Shown here: piece by piece, positions 1-13,458 of the stretch
Numbering within the stretch: position 1 is the first letter of the stretch
Layout of the letters: each line of letters starts with the position of its first letter
Origin: Fimbriosthenelais zetlandica
Taxonomy: Eukaryota
DNA length: 64,000 nt
Reading direction: 5' to 3'
Assembly (NCBI GenBank): GCA_977030845.1
Contig: OZ365110.1
Location: 46,438,001-46,502,000 of the forward strand
Program-made: the position numbers and the translations under genes
The notes under the pieces: model-generated
Told to the model about the DNA's origin: nothing
What the model saw: only the letters and a program-made list of their open reading frames with translations
The model's database searches: none

Positions 1-164
1 AAAATAAATATAATGGAATGTTTCTATTTTCTCAATATCATTTTCTAGTTACTTTTCTATAGTAGTAAGACATTAACGCATTGATACAGCGCCCTTGATA
101 GTACTATTGACATGCCAATACACATCTCTATTTGTTTGTGTATTGGGAGGCAGCCACCTCCCAA

Positions 165-236
165 CTACGACAACCTCGCATAACGGACAAAATGAGGTGC
201 GACCGAGCCTGTCCGTAATAGAGAGGTCCTACTGTA
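165..236. mobile_element. Degenerate Tc1/mariner-type MITE remnant
   Basis: Right end TGTCCGTAATAGAGAGGTCCTACTG|TA is an imperfect inverse of left TACGACAACCTCGCATAACGGACA. Confidence 0.35.
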
Positions 237-1327
237 GTTACCCAACATTATTTGTCCTATCCTATATTCGATAGTTTTAATAGGTTATGACGAAATCACG
301 TTAAAGTCACCAAAACACTATCGATTCATTGGCAAAAGCCAACCGGACCATGCTTGGAGACTACTGCAATCAACCATGGGTCTGAACTAATTATCCTCCC
401 TGCATAGATCGAAGGATGGCCACTTTATAATGATGTTAAAACATGTTGCTTCTGATTTTGTAGTCACACAATACAGGAAGATGGTTGGTTTAATGAGTTG
501 GTGTTAACACTTTTACCTTAAGGGCCAGTCCTTTGAAAAGGGGGATGCATCTTCGACCTCTCCCATCCCTTGAGTTCTGACCATTTTCTGGTTACATTTT
601 AATGAAGTTCTAGTGGTCTTAGAACATATACAATATTATAGTTCTGAACATTTATAATGGTGGGATAATGAGATGGTCGCTATAGTGAGGTGGTCATTTT
701 AAGCAAGAATCCACTGAAGCAAAAATCCACTGCATGCATTCTAACCAGTATAGCTTCGGATCCCTACCGAGCGAAGTATCACTGGAAGTTCTTGGTTTAC
801 ACCTCCCAACCTGTCTGATCTGTATTTCGGGCATGGTGGCGATAGGCTGCCACATTCCACTAGACAGAACCTATTCCTCTCCTCCTTAGAATTACTGATG
901 ATAAGACGAAATCTGATCAAAGCAATTTGGCATTTATTATTCATCGCCAGTTCCTTTTAATCCCAGAGCAGTTTGTTCACACATCAGAGTGTATAGATTG
1001 TAGCGCTAGTAGGGGTGGTGGATACAGAGGTAGAGAGGCAGATGATATATTGTAGTTGATCCCGAGTAGCGCCGCCTCTAGCGGTAGTGCGGCCTCATCT
1101 GGTGGCCCTCCGTGGTTTTTATGCATCCAGCCAAAATGGACTGCGTCCTGGCTTTCTTCCCGCGCGAACGCAGTAGGGCGGGCTCTATACATGCAGTTGT
1201 CCCAAAATCCTATTTTTACTAAATAATTCATTTTTGGGTAACATAAACTTCCCACACTTGTAGGTGGTTATCTGTCATATTAGAATGCAACTTAGTATCA
1301 CATTTGCAAATATTTTTATGGCCTAAT

Positions 1328-2520
1328 CGAGGAGAAATACAATGGGAAAAGTATACTGTGGAATTTCTGCCTATGAGCTTATGCAGTAGACCACCGACAT
1401 GCCATACTGCCTATTAAATAGGCAGTGAAACCCCGGTTTGAAACTGATGGTCGCAAATGATGTCAAATGTAGATTGAGATGATTTAATTATTGTCAAACT
1501 TCGACCTAATTATATGTGTATGTGTCCCGATGTGTCTTAAGTTTTTAAAAACAATTATTTTGTAAATGTGGTTATAAATAAAAGGGAAAGGGCAGACTGT
1601 GGCCGTACTGCCAGTGAGCTTATGCATTTGGTCACCTGGTTAGAAACCACAGGAAGTGCAGTAAGATAAATAATTATAGTCCGAGTATTGCGTTGCAAAC
1701 TTATCACTTTCCTGTAGGTGTAAGCCTAAGTTACAAATGTGTGAAATGCTACTTTTGGTACACACCTTGTAGGGTGAGAATTCAATGAAAAATTGCATAG
1801 GGTGAAGTCCTTATATATTCAGTCACAACTTTATCATCCTGTCCTTCGGGGATGCTGGTGGGGGAGAGGAGTGGGGCATATATACAGTACTATAATAAGA
1901 TGATGTAGTATTAAATTCCTACATAATGATATGAATATTTATGAAGCTATATATAACTATATCCCGTACATCACCAACTGTGGCCAAACCATTAGCCGGT
2001 GGTCTACTGCGTAAGCTCATAGGCAGAAGTTCCACAGTATACTTTTCCCATTGTATTTCTCCTCGGAGTGGGTCATATATACAGTACTATAGTAGGATGA
2101 TGTAGTATTAATCTTCCACCTAATTATATGAATATTTGGAATGATTTGTCTTAACTTTTTCATGTAAATTTAACAAGTTGTATATACTCGTGTACAGACA
2201 GCGGCCAAACCATCAGTCATCCCGCATGTATGGCTCTGCAGTCCATAAAGCCTATTTAATAGGCAGTATGGCCGGTGGTCTACTGCATAAGCTCATAGGC
2301 AGAAGTTCCACAGTATACTTTTCCCATTCTATTTCTCCTCGGAGTGGGTCATATATACATTACTATAGAAGGATGATGTAGTATTAATATTCCACCTAAT
2401 TATATGACTATTTGGAATGATTTGTCTTAAATTTTCATGTAAATTTAAGATGTTGTATATACTCGTGTACAGACAGCGGCCAAACCATCAGTCATCCCGC
2501 ATGTATGGCTCTGCAGTCCA
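1328..2520. repeat. Composite repeat: ~276-bp tandem units plus an inverted partial copy
   Basis: 1995-2245 and 2271-2520 are near-identical (period 276), with a degenerate third unit at ~1865-1995. 1328-1423 is the reverse complement of 2250-2341 and partly of 1997-2065. Confidence 0.9.
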
Positions 2521-3340
2521 AACACTGTAACTTATCATATCTTACTAGTTGAAATATGGAAACATATAGGCCTAATTCTGGCAAATTTCTTTCCACTCTG
2601 TACATGCATTAGTCCTGTGCTAAGTATGTGAAATGTGTTAAAGCGGAAGCTAAATCATGGATAATTGTTCACACCTTGTGAGGTGACATTGTCCACTCGC
2701 ATGAAACATGAATAGTGTGAAATCTTATAACCTAAGCCAGTTTGCGAAAGCCTACCCTGCTTTCCATTCACAACTCCCCCACCAGGTCCTAACAAATATA
2801 TTACGTCGTTTATTCTTTTGTGCCAACACAGGAAATATATTTCATTACTAGTATTGACAACGATAATAAAATCGATTTAACACAGTATGTACAAAGACCC
2901 ATGCTTAAGGGAGCTATCATCCGGTGAAAAATCTTGGCGGAATTGTTTGAATCGCTAAGCTTTTTGGGATACATCAGGAGAGTTCTCACTTCCTATTTCC
3001 GCCATCTTGTCTCCAATTCAAACAGGTAGGTAATTCATGGTCTTATATTTCATGATTTTTCTTCAGACTTTTAGCCAATGCACCTTAACTTATAATACTT
3101 CACAATAGTTAAGGAGTTCAAGAACACTTTGTATCCTATTTCGAGTCGATTTATGCCAAGACAATGTACTAATGGAAACATTTTTATACACAATCCCCGG
3201 GCATATAATCAAAGATGAAGGGCCTACGCCTACCTGTACGCAAACAAAATTATCATCCAGTCACAGTGTTGGTAACAATACTAACATGTCGCCGGCTATG
3301 GGCGCAAACACTGTGCACACATTTGAATGCAACTTTATTT

Positions 3341-3376
3341 TGGGGATAATCCCATAAACCTGGGGATAATCCCATA
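3341..3376. repeat. 20-bp tandem duplication
   Basis: TGGGGATAATCCCATA occurs twice with period 20. Confidence 0.85.
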
Positions 3377-4357
3377 CTGCCATATAGACCATTACATGAT
3401 TATTATTTGTCCTCGAATCAGGTCAGGTACAGGTACGGGAACGCGGCATCCATGTTGACCTAATTAGAGCTTATTGCTAACACCTGTCCTCACCTGGACA
3501 GGTGTCCGCCATCTTGTCACACCGCACGCCCCCACCCAAACACATAATAAGAAAACAATCGTTTTAAGAAAGCTCCTGTCAAGGTAATTTCCTAAACGCC
3601 TTTTCATAAAATGTGGTTCAGCAATATCTAATAAATATTTATATATGTATTTGCTTTTTTCAGGTTGAACACTGCAGTTCTTAGGCCAGATGATGTTTTC
3701 TCTTCGCCAACTTGCAGGGTGGGGTCAATCTTCATGAAAAGCATTCAATGGCGTCATTAAAACCCAAGAGTTAAGTGTTACAAAAATGTCGATTTGACTT
3801 CTGATCTGGTCATTCTTGTAAATGAAGAAATTCCCTACCACTTAATCATGTCATATTTCTAATGTAATTATAAAAAGGACTAGGTGATAAAAGCTAAGTG
3901 GGTGTCGCTTTACAATGAGTGTGAAAATGATATTCTTACACGTAATGTCAGTTCTCAACTTTGTTAATTTTAATTTCAGACATTTATTATAGTAATACCG
4001 ATCGAGAACTAATTAAGAACATCCCAGGACCACACGTAGTGTCCCGATATCAACTCGTCAATAATAATTTCAACCTGCAACATATCACCTCCCCATCCAC
4101 CTACATCTCTACCTACCATGTGCCAAGAGACATGACCTACAATCCCAACAAAAGTAATCCACACTGAAGACTTGACCAATCGAACAACAAAACGCATCAG
4201 TTTGTGTATAAAGAAGGAACTATATTCTCATAACTTGTCGACTCAACTACCAGTCAGAATGGAATTTAATTCTAGAAACAGTCTAGATGAAAAGATTAAA
4301 TCTTTGTGTAAACATATTGTTATCTGTGAAAATGAAAACTTAAACTAAAACATAATT

Positions 4358-4722
4358 CCTCCCCATCCATCCGCCTACCTCCTCTACTCCGTAACCTTTC
4401 TCATCCATGCCTTCCCTGATCCACCTGTCTTTGTCTCTTTCTGATCTCATCTCCCTCCTCTTTCCCCCTCCCCTCCCTGCTCCTCCCCCATACGTTCCCT
4501 GCTCATTATCCCCCCTTTTGCTTTTCCCCCGCGTTCACCCCTCTTGTCTCCCATCTCTACTCCTTATCTCCTCTCCTTCTTTACCTTGTGATCGTCTCTC
4601 ATATCCACCTCTCAGTATCACCCCTGGTTCCCCCCCCCCCGACTGCCACCTCGCCCCTCCTCTCCCTACGTCTCTGTTTCTACCTAAAACCCATTACCCC
4701 AACCCTCCTATCCCGCCTTTTT
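4358..4722. repeat. Pyrimidine-rich low-complexity tract
   Basis: Almost entirely C/T. The overlapping Pro/Leu/Ser ORF is a compositional artefact. Confidence 0.9.
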
Positions 4723-6709
4723 AGGGCTTACTGCAACCCTGGAAATGTAGGCCTAACATTTAATTTTTCTTATCAGCTACACAGATCCATAATTGTTTGG
4801 AACATTTTCCTCCCTATAATTGTATGTTTGTGTATTTAACAGACTGGTTTAAGGTTTATTACTATAGGCCTATAATTATTTCACTTTTAACCATTCAGTT
4901 TAAATTAGGGTTGCTAAATATTATTTATCCCATCTGCGTGAATCCATGTAGCTTGTGCATAATTGAATCTTTCGTAAAATTTTATTATGCAAAAAGTACC
5001 TTTTTTGAGGTACCTTATTTTTTGTCTGTTTCATCTAATCCCACCTGCAGACCCGAGATGAATGCTTGATGATCAATATTGTGTATCAGCATATTTTATA
5101 GCATGGTTTGGTCCATCATTTTACACGTTTATTGGATCATTATATCTACAATAATTTGTACTATGATGTCAAAGTGATCTTTATGCAAAATAAAAATATA
5201 TTTAGCACAATGTATATCTTGCCTTTCTTACTACCAAGGACTGGTACTATTCTTGATTGTGGCCAGGATATAGACTCCATAATGAAACTATATCGTGGTC
5301 AATTTCAATAATAGGACTGGTCACTTTTACCTAAGAAAACTAATCAAAAAAATTTAATCCTAAAAAGGGGGGACCCCATGCTGAATCCGCTTTTGCCGCG
5401 GTGGTATACTGCGTGAGCGTCCCCAGGTTATAACGCTGTCTCTGTACCCGAGAAAAACGCTGTGCTTGTCGCGCGGTGGTATACTGCGGCCGCTCACCGG
5501 GTGGGAAGTCAGAAAACTTCCACGGTGGAATAGGCTTTATGGACTGCAGAGAAAGCCATGCGGGACGCCTGATGGTTTTCCCGCAGTCCGTGTCGCTTGG
5601 GATGGTATGGGATGACGAGATCTAGTTGGTGCCAGCAGGAGCAGGCTGATTGGTGGTGATTGGGTGTGCTCATGTAAAAATACCTCGTATACTCCCTCCG
5701 CAATCTCTTGACGGTCTTCTGAGAATAAGAGATACAGCCATTATACAGAGTGGTATATGTATTTCTTTTGGTTAAAATCATAAGTTTTTCCACAACAAAA
5801 TGAGGTGTCAGGTCAATGAGAAAGAAAGATCATGTGAAGTGACTATCAATTTTTATATTACTTTCAAGTACGAAATTCAGTGTGTTGTAAAACACCGATT
5901 TACCCTATGGTTGTACAACACCCTGATATTCTATCCGAGATCTGTTGATGGTCTTCAGATATTGAGCTGTACGACCACGTTCCTATTGAACAGAGTGGGA
6001 CATAGTTCATGAAATGATATCATTTTTACAAAGAAAGAAAGATTTCAGACAAAGTTTTATATTTCCCTTGAACCTCGAAGAAACATCATTTAGCACTTTG
6101 GTAGATGGCAAGTGGTTTTGCTCATGAAGGAATCCCCGAGGGATTCCCCCGATCCAAGTAATAACAAGGGGTTATTTATATCTCCTACATATGGGATTTT
6201 ATTCCCCAGTGGACTCTTCTGACATATCCCATTGTTTCTTTTGCTTGAAGGATGGAGAACTGAGACCAGGCCAGGGAAGAGACTAAACTCCTATTGGGCC
6301 AATTTTGGGTCAGAAGAAAATAAATAAATATAAGTGAAAAATTGAAATGCATATATATATGTGCATGACCTTGTCCGAAGGACATACAATTTACAAAGTA
6401 TCATTGACTGTACATTTAAGTCATTACCAAAGAGATGTATTAGTTGTCCGGACAAAAAGGTCCCATATCTATGTAACAATGTTCGAGGTATTTAAAAAAA
6501 AAATCAAGTAAACGAAAGCCTATAGTGGCATCAAAACCATGAGGCAGGAACCACAGGAGAAAATATATGTCCTTGACAATTGTGATGTCCTTTTTGGAGC
6601 CTCCCCATAACAGCGACCTCCTTCAGCTGAACACCCTTCCTAGTGCTTCTAATCTTCACTCTCACCTCTGTACAAACACAAATCCTTCTCACACTGAGCC
6701 CTTTCTTAA

Positions 6710-6733
6710 AGAAGAAGAAGAAGAAGAAGAAGA
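6710..6733. repeat. (GAA)n microsatellite, possibly a non-LTR retroelement tail
   Basis: About 8 GAA units. The retroelement interpretation is inference only. Confidence 0.85.
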
Positions 6734-7011
6734 TTTAGCTTAGAGAATAGGCTCTATAGTAGGGGTGGCGTCCACACGTGCAAGAGGCTGGGGTCAGCCA
6801 CTTGAGCAGGCTGAGGGTAAAGCCTCGTAGTACCAACCTTTCACCTAGCACAGATGGGAAGGTGGAATGGATAGCATATGGTACTCTTTAATTCTTTGCA
6901 TCAACATGATATATCGTACCTGGGGAGGGTAATTCTCCCACCTTATGAATTATGAAGTTATGTGAGGGGGTGAAGTGGTAACGTCTCAACAGCCTGTTGC
7001 TATCTACCTCT

Positions 7012-7232
7012 GGCTTTTCCCTACCCTTTCCCTTACACCTTTGCCTTCCCTTTCCTTCTTAATTCCCCATTCCCCTCCCCTTCCCCATTCCCTTCCGATT
7101 TCTCCCTTTCATTCGGATTTCTCCCTTTCATTCAGATTTCATTCTACTTGGTTCCTTTTCCCCTTCCTTTCCATTTTCCCGCTCACTACCATTTTCCCCC
7201 TTCCCTGATTCCTCCCTTTGACCTTTTCTTCT
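7012..7232. repeat. Pyrimidine-rich low-complexity tract
   Basis: CCCTT/TTCC-type runs. Confidence 0.85.
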
Positions 7233-7837
7233 ATTGGAATAGGAGCTGATGTGTTTCTAAGAATAATAAGTTTATAATGTATGGGTATATTATGTATATA
7301 AATAATATTTGTTATAATTGATGTAAATAGATTTTCTCTTGTAATAAAACAGAATGAAGTTGAAATGAAGATTGTAAGGCATATGTTCACCTCATGCCAA
7401 AATGCCTTTTTAAAAATCATGGCAAACTATAGTCTGAAAAATATTATATTATATTTTTGTCAGGCGGAAATGTGTATATCATAACGATGACATATTTCAT
7501 TTCATAATTTCACTTGCTGGGATATCCATCATATTGGATGAATTGACTGGAGGGTAGACCATCTAATTATAGTCATCCATGGTGTTGTCTTGGCCCTTCA
7601 AATACCGATGATACCTTACATAAAATATGACGCAAGTCACAAGATTCCACCTCTTGGGACAGTCTTCAAACTCTTATGAATAGACTCCAATTCATCATTT
7701 CTGATGTGCAGAGCCCCTCCCCCAACAGCATAAATGAATTTTTTAATCATGCAACCTTTTCCTGATAGAATCTGGAATGCTGTTCACTACTTCAAATCAA
7801 AATGGCAATTTGGTTCTAAGCTGGTAACTAAATCTAC

Positions 7838-7925
7838 CTTGTGTAGTGGACATGAACATTTGGTGCCGCAATTAGCTCGTAAAGAAGATGGCATGTGAAG
7901 CTCTAGCCTGCAGCTTATTTGCTTT
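7838..7925 (-). CDS. Candidate internal exon (phase 2 to 0), KQISCRLELHMPSSLRANCGTKCSCPLHK
   Basis: Acceptor ttttcctcttcag, donor AAG|gtagat, one open frame over 88 nt. No recognisable domain. Confidence 0.25.
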
Positions 7926-8100
7926 CTGAAGAGGAAAATTACCAAGTCCAAACACAAAAACACATAGAGCAAGGATTGACAGATCACACAGGTTTTTTTT
8001 GCAATGTGAAACTCCTGATCTTTCAGAGATAAGAGAATTCATTTCCAAACGTTGAGAGGTTAAAAAGGTCTCGGTTTAGTGTATGTCTTTGCCCTTGACT

Positions 8101-8219
8101 TTAAGGCCATCCCCCGATAGTCCGACACTGTGGTGACACTGTTGTTGCAATAATATTTCATGACAATGTTACATAGCAACATATTAAATAGTTGTCACCG
8201 AAGGTGTCCAATGCCTAAA
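8101..8219. mobile_element. Degenerate TTAA-flanked (Kolobok-like) MITE remnant
   Basis: TTAA|GGCC...GACACTGTGGTGACA on the left. GTTGTCACCGAAGGTGTCCAATGCC|TAA on the right is an imperfect inverse. Confidence 0.35.
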
Positions 8220-9519
8220 GTCCATCCACCATCTGATTTTCTTTGTGATATAGGTATCGCCTAATTATGTCACAAGGGAAATCGCTCCAGTAGAAACCAG
8301 CCTTTACTATTGACTGCGGCCCCCACACAAATCACAAATGATTACTGTCTACTCACTGCAGCACCTATTGACGTTTTAAATGAAGGCTTTATCAAGGCCG
8401 TTGTTGGCTCCTTTACCTCAAATATGAATGCCTGAAGAGATAGCATCAAATCATCGAGTAACATGATGCTGCCTTACCACTCCACATTGACATATACGGC
8501 TGTGTTAATCAATAAATTGGCTATACGACTGCTTATTAGATATCAATCATTATAAAGAACTTCAGGCCTCGAGGGGATTTTCAAAAGATAAGAGAGTCTT
8601 CCTGATGTTACCAAGCGTCGTTGTGCCTGAGGGGACGATGATCTTGTCATGGTATGTGATGGTATTGGAAGTATATATAATGCATTCATATGCTTTCATT
8701 CCCTTGCCACCCACATCAAAACCGTGATATCCTATACGAGATAATTGTCATCTATGTAGAATTTATAGGGTATTGATTTCACTTATCTGTGCTGGAAGAA
8801 TCAAGGTTGTCCGGATCAGCCAAGGCCATTGCCTATGAGGGGATGCATCTGAAACTTTAGACATCAAGTCGTCTGGGACTCTTTAGCTTAATCATATACT
8901 TCAATCTTTTGGCACAGATTCTACTCTATGTCATACTTAACTGCAAACATGAGGATAGAGATATTTTCAGAGGGTTCACTTCCAGTTCTATGGATGTCAC
9001 CTGTAGGCCTACCTTTTCATATAGTAGAGCTTCTTAGGAAATACTCTACTGCTACGATTTTGCTTGCAACACTGCTGCGACAAAGGTGATACCTATGCTA
9101 AAAAAAAAATTTTATAAGTTATCGTCGAAGTGTCCAAGTGTCCTTATTAAGCTCATCCTCCACTGGTATATTTTTAATTACAACACAAGCCTTGCGTTAG
9201 TCGCTGTATAGTGTCGCAAGTAAAATCGTACAGTGGAGTACTGGCTTTAGTGACAAGGGCAAACATATACCATACACGCCTGTATGACTGTGTAGGACTC
9301 TGTTCACTGATCATACGGTTTGGCCTGCCAAGTACCAGACATGACAAGCAAAAATATGGTGAAATAATGAGGTGGAGCAAAGATGAAGGTCCCTGAATGA
9401 GGAGAGAATGTTTAACGAAGGAATGTTGATCGTTTAATTGAAGTAACTGTAAATTGAAACGTCAGAGAGGCTCGAAATACAGGCCATCTGTTTACTCTCT
9501 TGTACTGTGAAAGGGTTAG

Positions 9520-9776
9520 CTCCACTGCAGATTTCTAACTTGCGATTCGTGCAACATTTGGTTGCAGTTTTCTTGCGACACTGGCGGCTGTCTTTCCGCT
9601 TGATCTTATAACTAGAAGTGGACTACACTTGGGTTTCACTGTTTGCAAATCTTGCGGTAATGCGAGCATTTTAGCTTAATCGATTACTGCAAGACGTCAG
9701 TGACTTCCTATCGTATGCCACTAGAAGAAAATTGCAACCAAAGGTCGTAAGAATTGCAAGGCAAAAACCCTATTGT
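9520..9776. mobile_element. MITE with imperfect inverted arms
   Basis: 9539-9574 (CTTGCGATTC...TTTGGTTGCAGTTTTCTT) is inverse to 9725-9760 (AAGAAAATTGCAACCAAA...GAATTGCAAG). Confidence 0.65.
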
Positions 9777-10247
9777 AATATTATAAGTAATATCCCGATA
9801 GTTCATACAATAACGTGGTAAAGAAAACCTTCATATGTTTCTTTGGGGAAAAGATAGTGCGAGTCCTGTTGTGTGATTAGTATCTGAATATCGTATGGTT
9901 AATACCAGAGTGGAAAATTGATGTGGGTTTTTGGCATCATGGGATTTACATAGACTTCATTGCTCCTATGTTACCAAAGCAAAGAGAAGTTGCCACCATT
10001 GTGGGTTCACGCCTCTCTGGCTCCAGCGACCATCCATAATATGAAGTAGCCATTGTCATGGCTGTTGCCAATCCATACCCTGCCATTTTGTTTCCTATTT
10101 ATAATAATCCCTCCCCTTCTTACCCTTCGACTTTTCCCTCTACACTAAACTATACACTCTATGAAAAAGTTCAAGGGATCATAAAGGTGGCCACACACTG
10201 GAGACGTGCTTAGGTTTCTCCTTCTGAACTGAGCATTTCAGTTTTCA

Positions 10248-10478
10248 CCAAGGCGGGTTTGTCTGTAAAAAGTCGCCTTTGTGATGAGCGCAACCACAAA
10301 AACGCTCTGGTCTATTCAAAGCAAAAAATAGGTACAAACTCACGTTTCAAGGTGCGTCTGAATTTCACAAACATTCATTTCAATTTTGGCTGTCGCACAC
10401 AACTTGATGCCTTGAACATACCAGAGCGTTTTTGTGGATGCGTTTATGACAGCACTTTTATAGACACACATGCCTTGG
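10248..10478. mobile_element. MITE with ~60-bp TIRs and 3-bp TSD (TCA); PIF/Harbinger- or CMC-like
   Basis: CCAAGGC...CCACAAAAACGCTCTGGT on the left, ACCAGAGCGTTTTTGTGG...GCCTTGG on the right. TCA flanks both ends (10245-47 and 10479-81). Confidence 0.8.
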
Positions 10479-13273
10479 TCATATAGCCTCTGCAATACAA
10501 TTCGGCTCTCTCGATTGCTGCCGGGATTGCTGGCGTTTTCTTTTCTGAATTGGCATGACAAGAAAAACGCGAGCAACTGAAGGCGTTCTCGGTCGGTTCC
10601 AGGCATGAGGCTCACCCGATATATGAGATTTAATTACAGGAACCCTGTAAATCAGGATGTATGAGGTGTATGATCTGTAACGACACTTGCACCAGCTGCC
10701 TTCACATGTAATAAACAAACCATCACATGAACATTTTACAGAGCCTTTGACTGGCTAATCGCATGTCTTGTGAATTACAATGAAATGCCTAAGCACCACT
10801 TCAATGAAACATAGGCCAGCGGCGAAGAAAAAAGTAAGGCAGTTTTTCAGGTTGTGTTATAGGTAGTTGGAGGGGTCCAGACGCAGCTTGTAGATTATGT
10901 GTATTATGCTATGATTCATTCGCTCTCACAAGATATAGTGATTTTACAGGTACTTGACATTAAGTTGGAGTGACTCTCATGGATTATGGAAGATCATATC
11001 TCATCTCCTTGGGCTCTTAGACTTTTTATTATTGTCTAAATTTTGGTTGAAATACTGTGAAAGTTGATATCTTCTCTTTTGACTCTTTAAGATTTGTTTT
11101 AGTATTTTATATTTGGTTGAAATACCTTGATATAGGCTAATACTAATACTATATAATACTTCTGTAAATAAAATAAGGTTTGAGCTTCTGATTTGCATTT
11201 AGAAATGTCCTATGCAACATCCACAATTTTTTTTAATGTTGTAAGGCAACATGCTGCTTTGTTATGTATATGCAAGACCCTTAATTTAGACCAATATATT
11301 ACATTGTATTGCATGTTCCTTTGTCGTGACAATGCACAGTTTTTTTCTGCATGATAACCTCACATTACTGGCAACCTCGGTTTCATAATTATAGCTAATA
11401 TGGCATAGGATTACGAGAGCAGTTGATAAATGACCTAGAGACATTACGAAAGCCAAACTTTTTAGTCTCTCCCTTGTTGAACAAGATGTATGTATACAGA
11501 CTGAACTCTCTATGGAAATAAACGATGGCCATGTTGGTTTTTTTTGTCCGATGGACGCATGTCGAAGGCTCGGGGCCAGCAAATAATATATATGTGTACA
11601 TGTTACCATAGGAAAAAGTACCAACATACAAGTAGAGTTGGGATGGGTATAGGGAGGTAGCATATGGCAGTGACCGTCAGGTGGTGGCAGGTGATGAGAG
11701 CTTTAGTATTCACCTTTAATGAGGAAAGACACCAACAACCACCCAGACAGACAGAATAGCATGTGGTCACTGTCCCACACTTAAAAATCATTCACATGTC
11801 AAAGTGAAACACTTTCCAATGGTAGTTCTACTGGGGAGGTCCTTTTAGATATGTTTTTTGCGTTCAAATATTAAATGTTTGCCACCTTCTTCATAATGGC
11901 TAAAATCATAGATTCGCCCCTGTATTTTATGAAAACTACTCATAGGGTCGGTCTTCATTTATTGGAGTGTCTTTGATCGATTAAAAAATGACCTTTCAAA
12001 AGGTCAAACTCCACCCATACGTGGTCTGTCACATGGCAGAGCTGGAATATAGCATTGAAGTGAGGTTTGAAGACAAACTGCAACCAATCCTGCAGTTGCA
12101 TGTCAGGTCATGATGCTAAACTTACTTAGAATTATAATAACATTAATATGACATTTGCACGCATTCTGTCGCATCAGTGGAACCCGAGCTTTATTTTTAC
12201 ATATCTGTTAAAAGAATTAAGTCCGAATGAAATAGCCAGAAGATTTGAATATGGAACGTAGAAATACTCCCCTCTGTACTACATACTCTTGAATAAGTTT
12301 GAAAGGGAAAACACAGCTTGATGTATATAAATGATTATCGGCCTGAGGCAGAGGTTGAAATGGTTCATAAAATAGGTGATATATATCCCGGGTAACCCTG
12401 TGGAGTCCAAGGCAAATCTCACATCACAGGAACATATGTTTATCTGCATTTCATCATCTCTCCTTGTCTCCTATTCTGTTTATTATACGTATTCGCTCGC
12501 AAACACAGGCAAAAACAGGGCAATCTTCTATTATTGTGACCTTGAATATATATATGAATTATTCCACAGCATGTTCTAGCTTAATAACACATAATGTAGG
12601 GTATATATCCACCGATTTGAAGTTAAGACATGAGAGGAAAATATTGTTTATACTTATAGATAATCTCTGATAATCATTATAGTGCACTTCTAGTGGTTGT
12701 CACATGGATTTTTAAGAAATTAATTTTACCAATTTATCCTGGAGAACATCAGCAATACAAGCTATTTATAATTGGCTATAACCAGATTCATTCTTTTCGT
12801 ACGAAAGAGCCATGCTGAACTTCAGCTCATGTGCCAATTGCAATACATTTGCATGAGCGACCACAAATGGAAAAAAAAGAATCAACACCATTCTGGGCAT
12901 TTAAGATGAGTGTCACACATTCCCAATGGAGCTCAAATGGAAGTCTATGGGTGGACAGAATCAGTTCAAGCAATCATGCTCAAGCAATCTGGGCCAACGT
13001 CAAGAGTGGCTTGTCCTCTCCGAGTCAGCCTTGGGACGAATATCAATATTCCTCCTGCCAAATGACAGTGGAGAAGGGGCTAAGTGGTGTACATTAATGG
13101 CTGATTCGCCATGAGGGGTGCTTCTACATGGCAAATGATGCCCACTCACACTGGTTCATTCTAATAGACCACGGCTTCAAGAAAGATGGCAATGATTTAG
13201 CTGAGCTATGCAGCAGCCTCTCCACAAATTGGATCTTCTATATACAACTGAAATACACCTATATCATAACCAT

Positions 13274-13458
13274 GGATGGATTCCAGAGGCGGGGTGGGGG
13301 GGGGGGGGGAGGGGTGCAACCCCCATCCTTTTCATAAATATTTTCGCCCAGATTGTAAATTTGTGAGCCACAATGCAGACCCATGCACCCCCACCCCGCA
13401 CCCTTCACAGTGCTTTACATCTCCATCCCATCTCCATTCCAAAATCCTGGATCTGTCC
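13274..13458. mobile_element. GGCGGATCCAG/CTGGATCCGCC-type short interspersed element with G/C runs
   Basis: GGATGGATTCCAG...CTGGATCTGTCC imperfect inverted ends, with internal poly-G and GGGGTGCAACCCCC. Confidence 0.5.

Noticed and set aside
4165-4200. CTGAAGA...GAAC as a Penelope-type hammerhead core
   Set aside because: The required stems could not be paired and the GAAA core is absent.
4407-4724. 105-aa Pro/Leu/Ser ORF
   Set aside because: Translation of a C/T low-complexity tract.
8580-8900. Broken minus-strand protein-like frames (YHDKIIVPSG...)
   Set aside because: Multiple stops and no identifiable family. It may be decayed transposon sequence but cannot be called.
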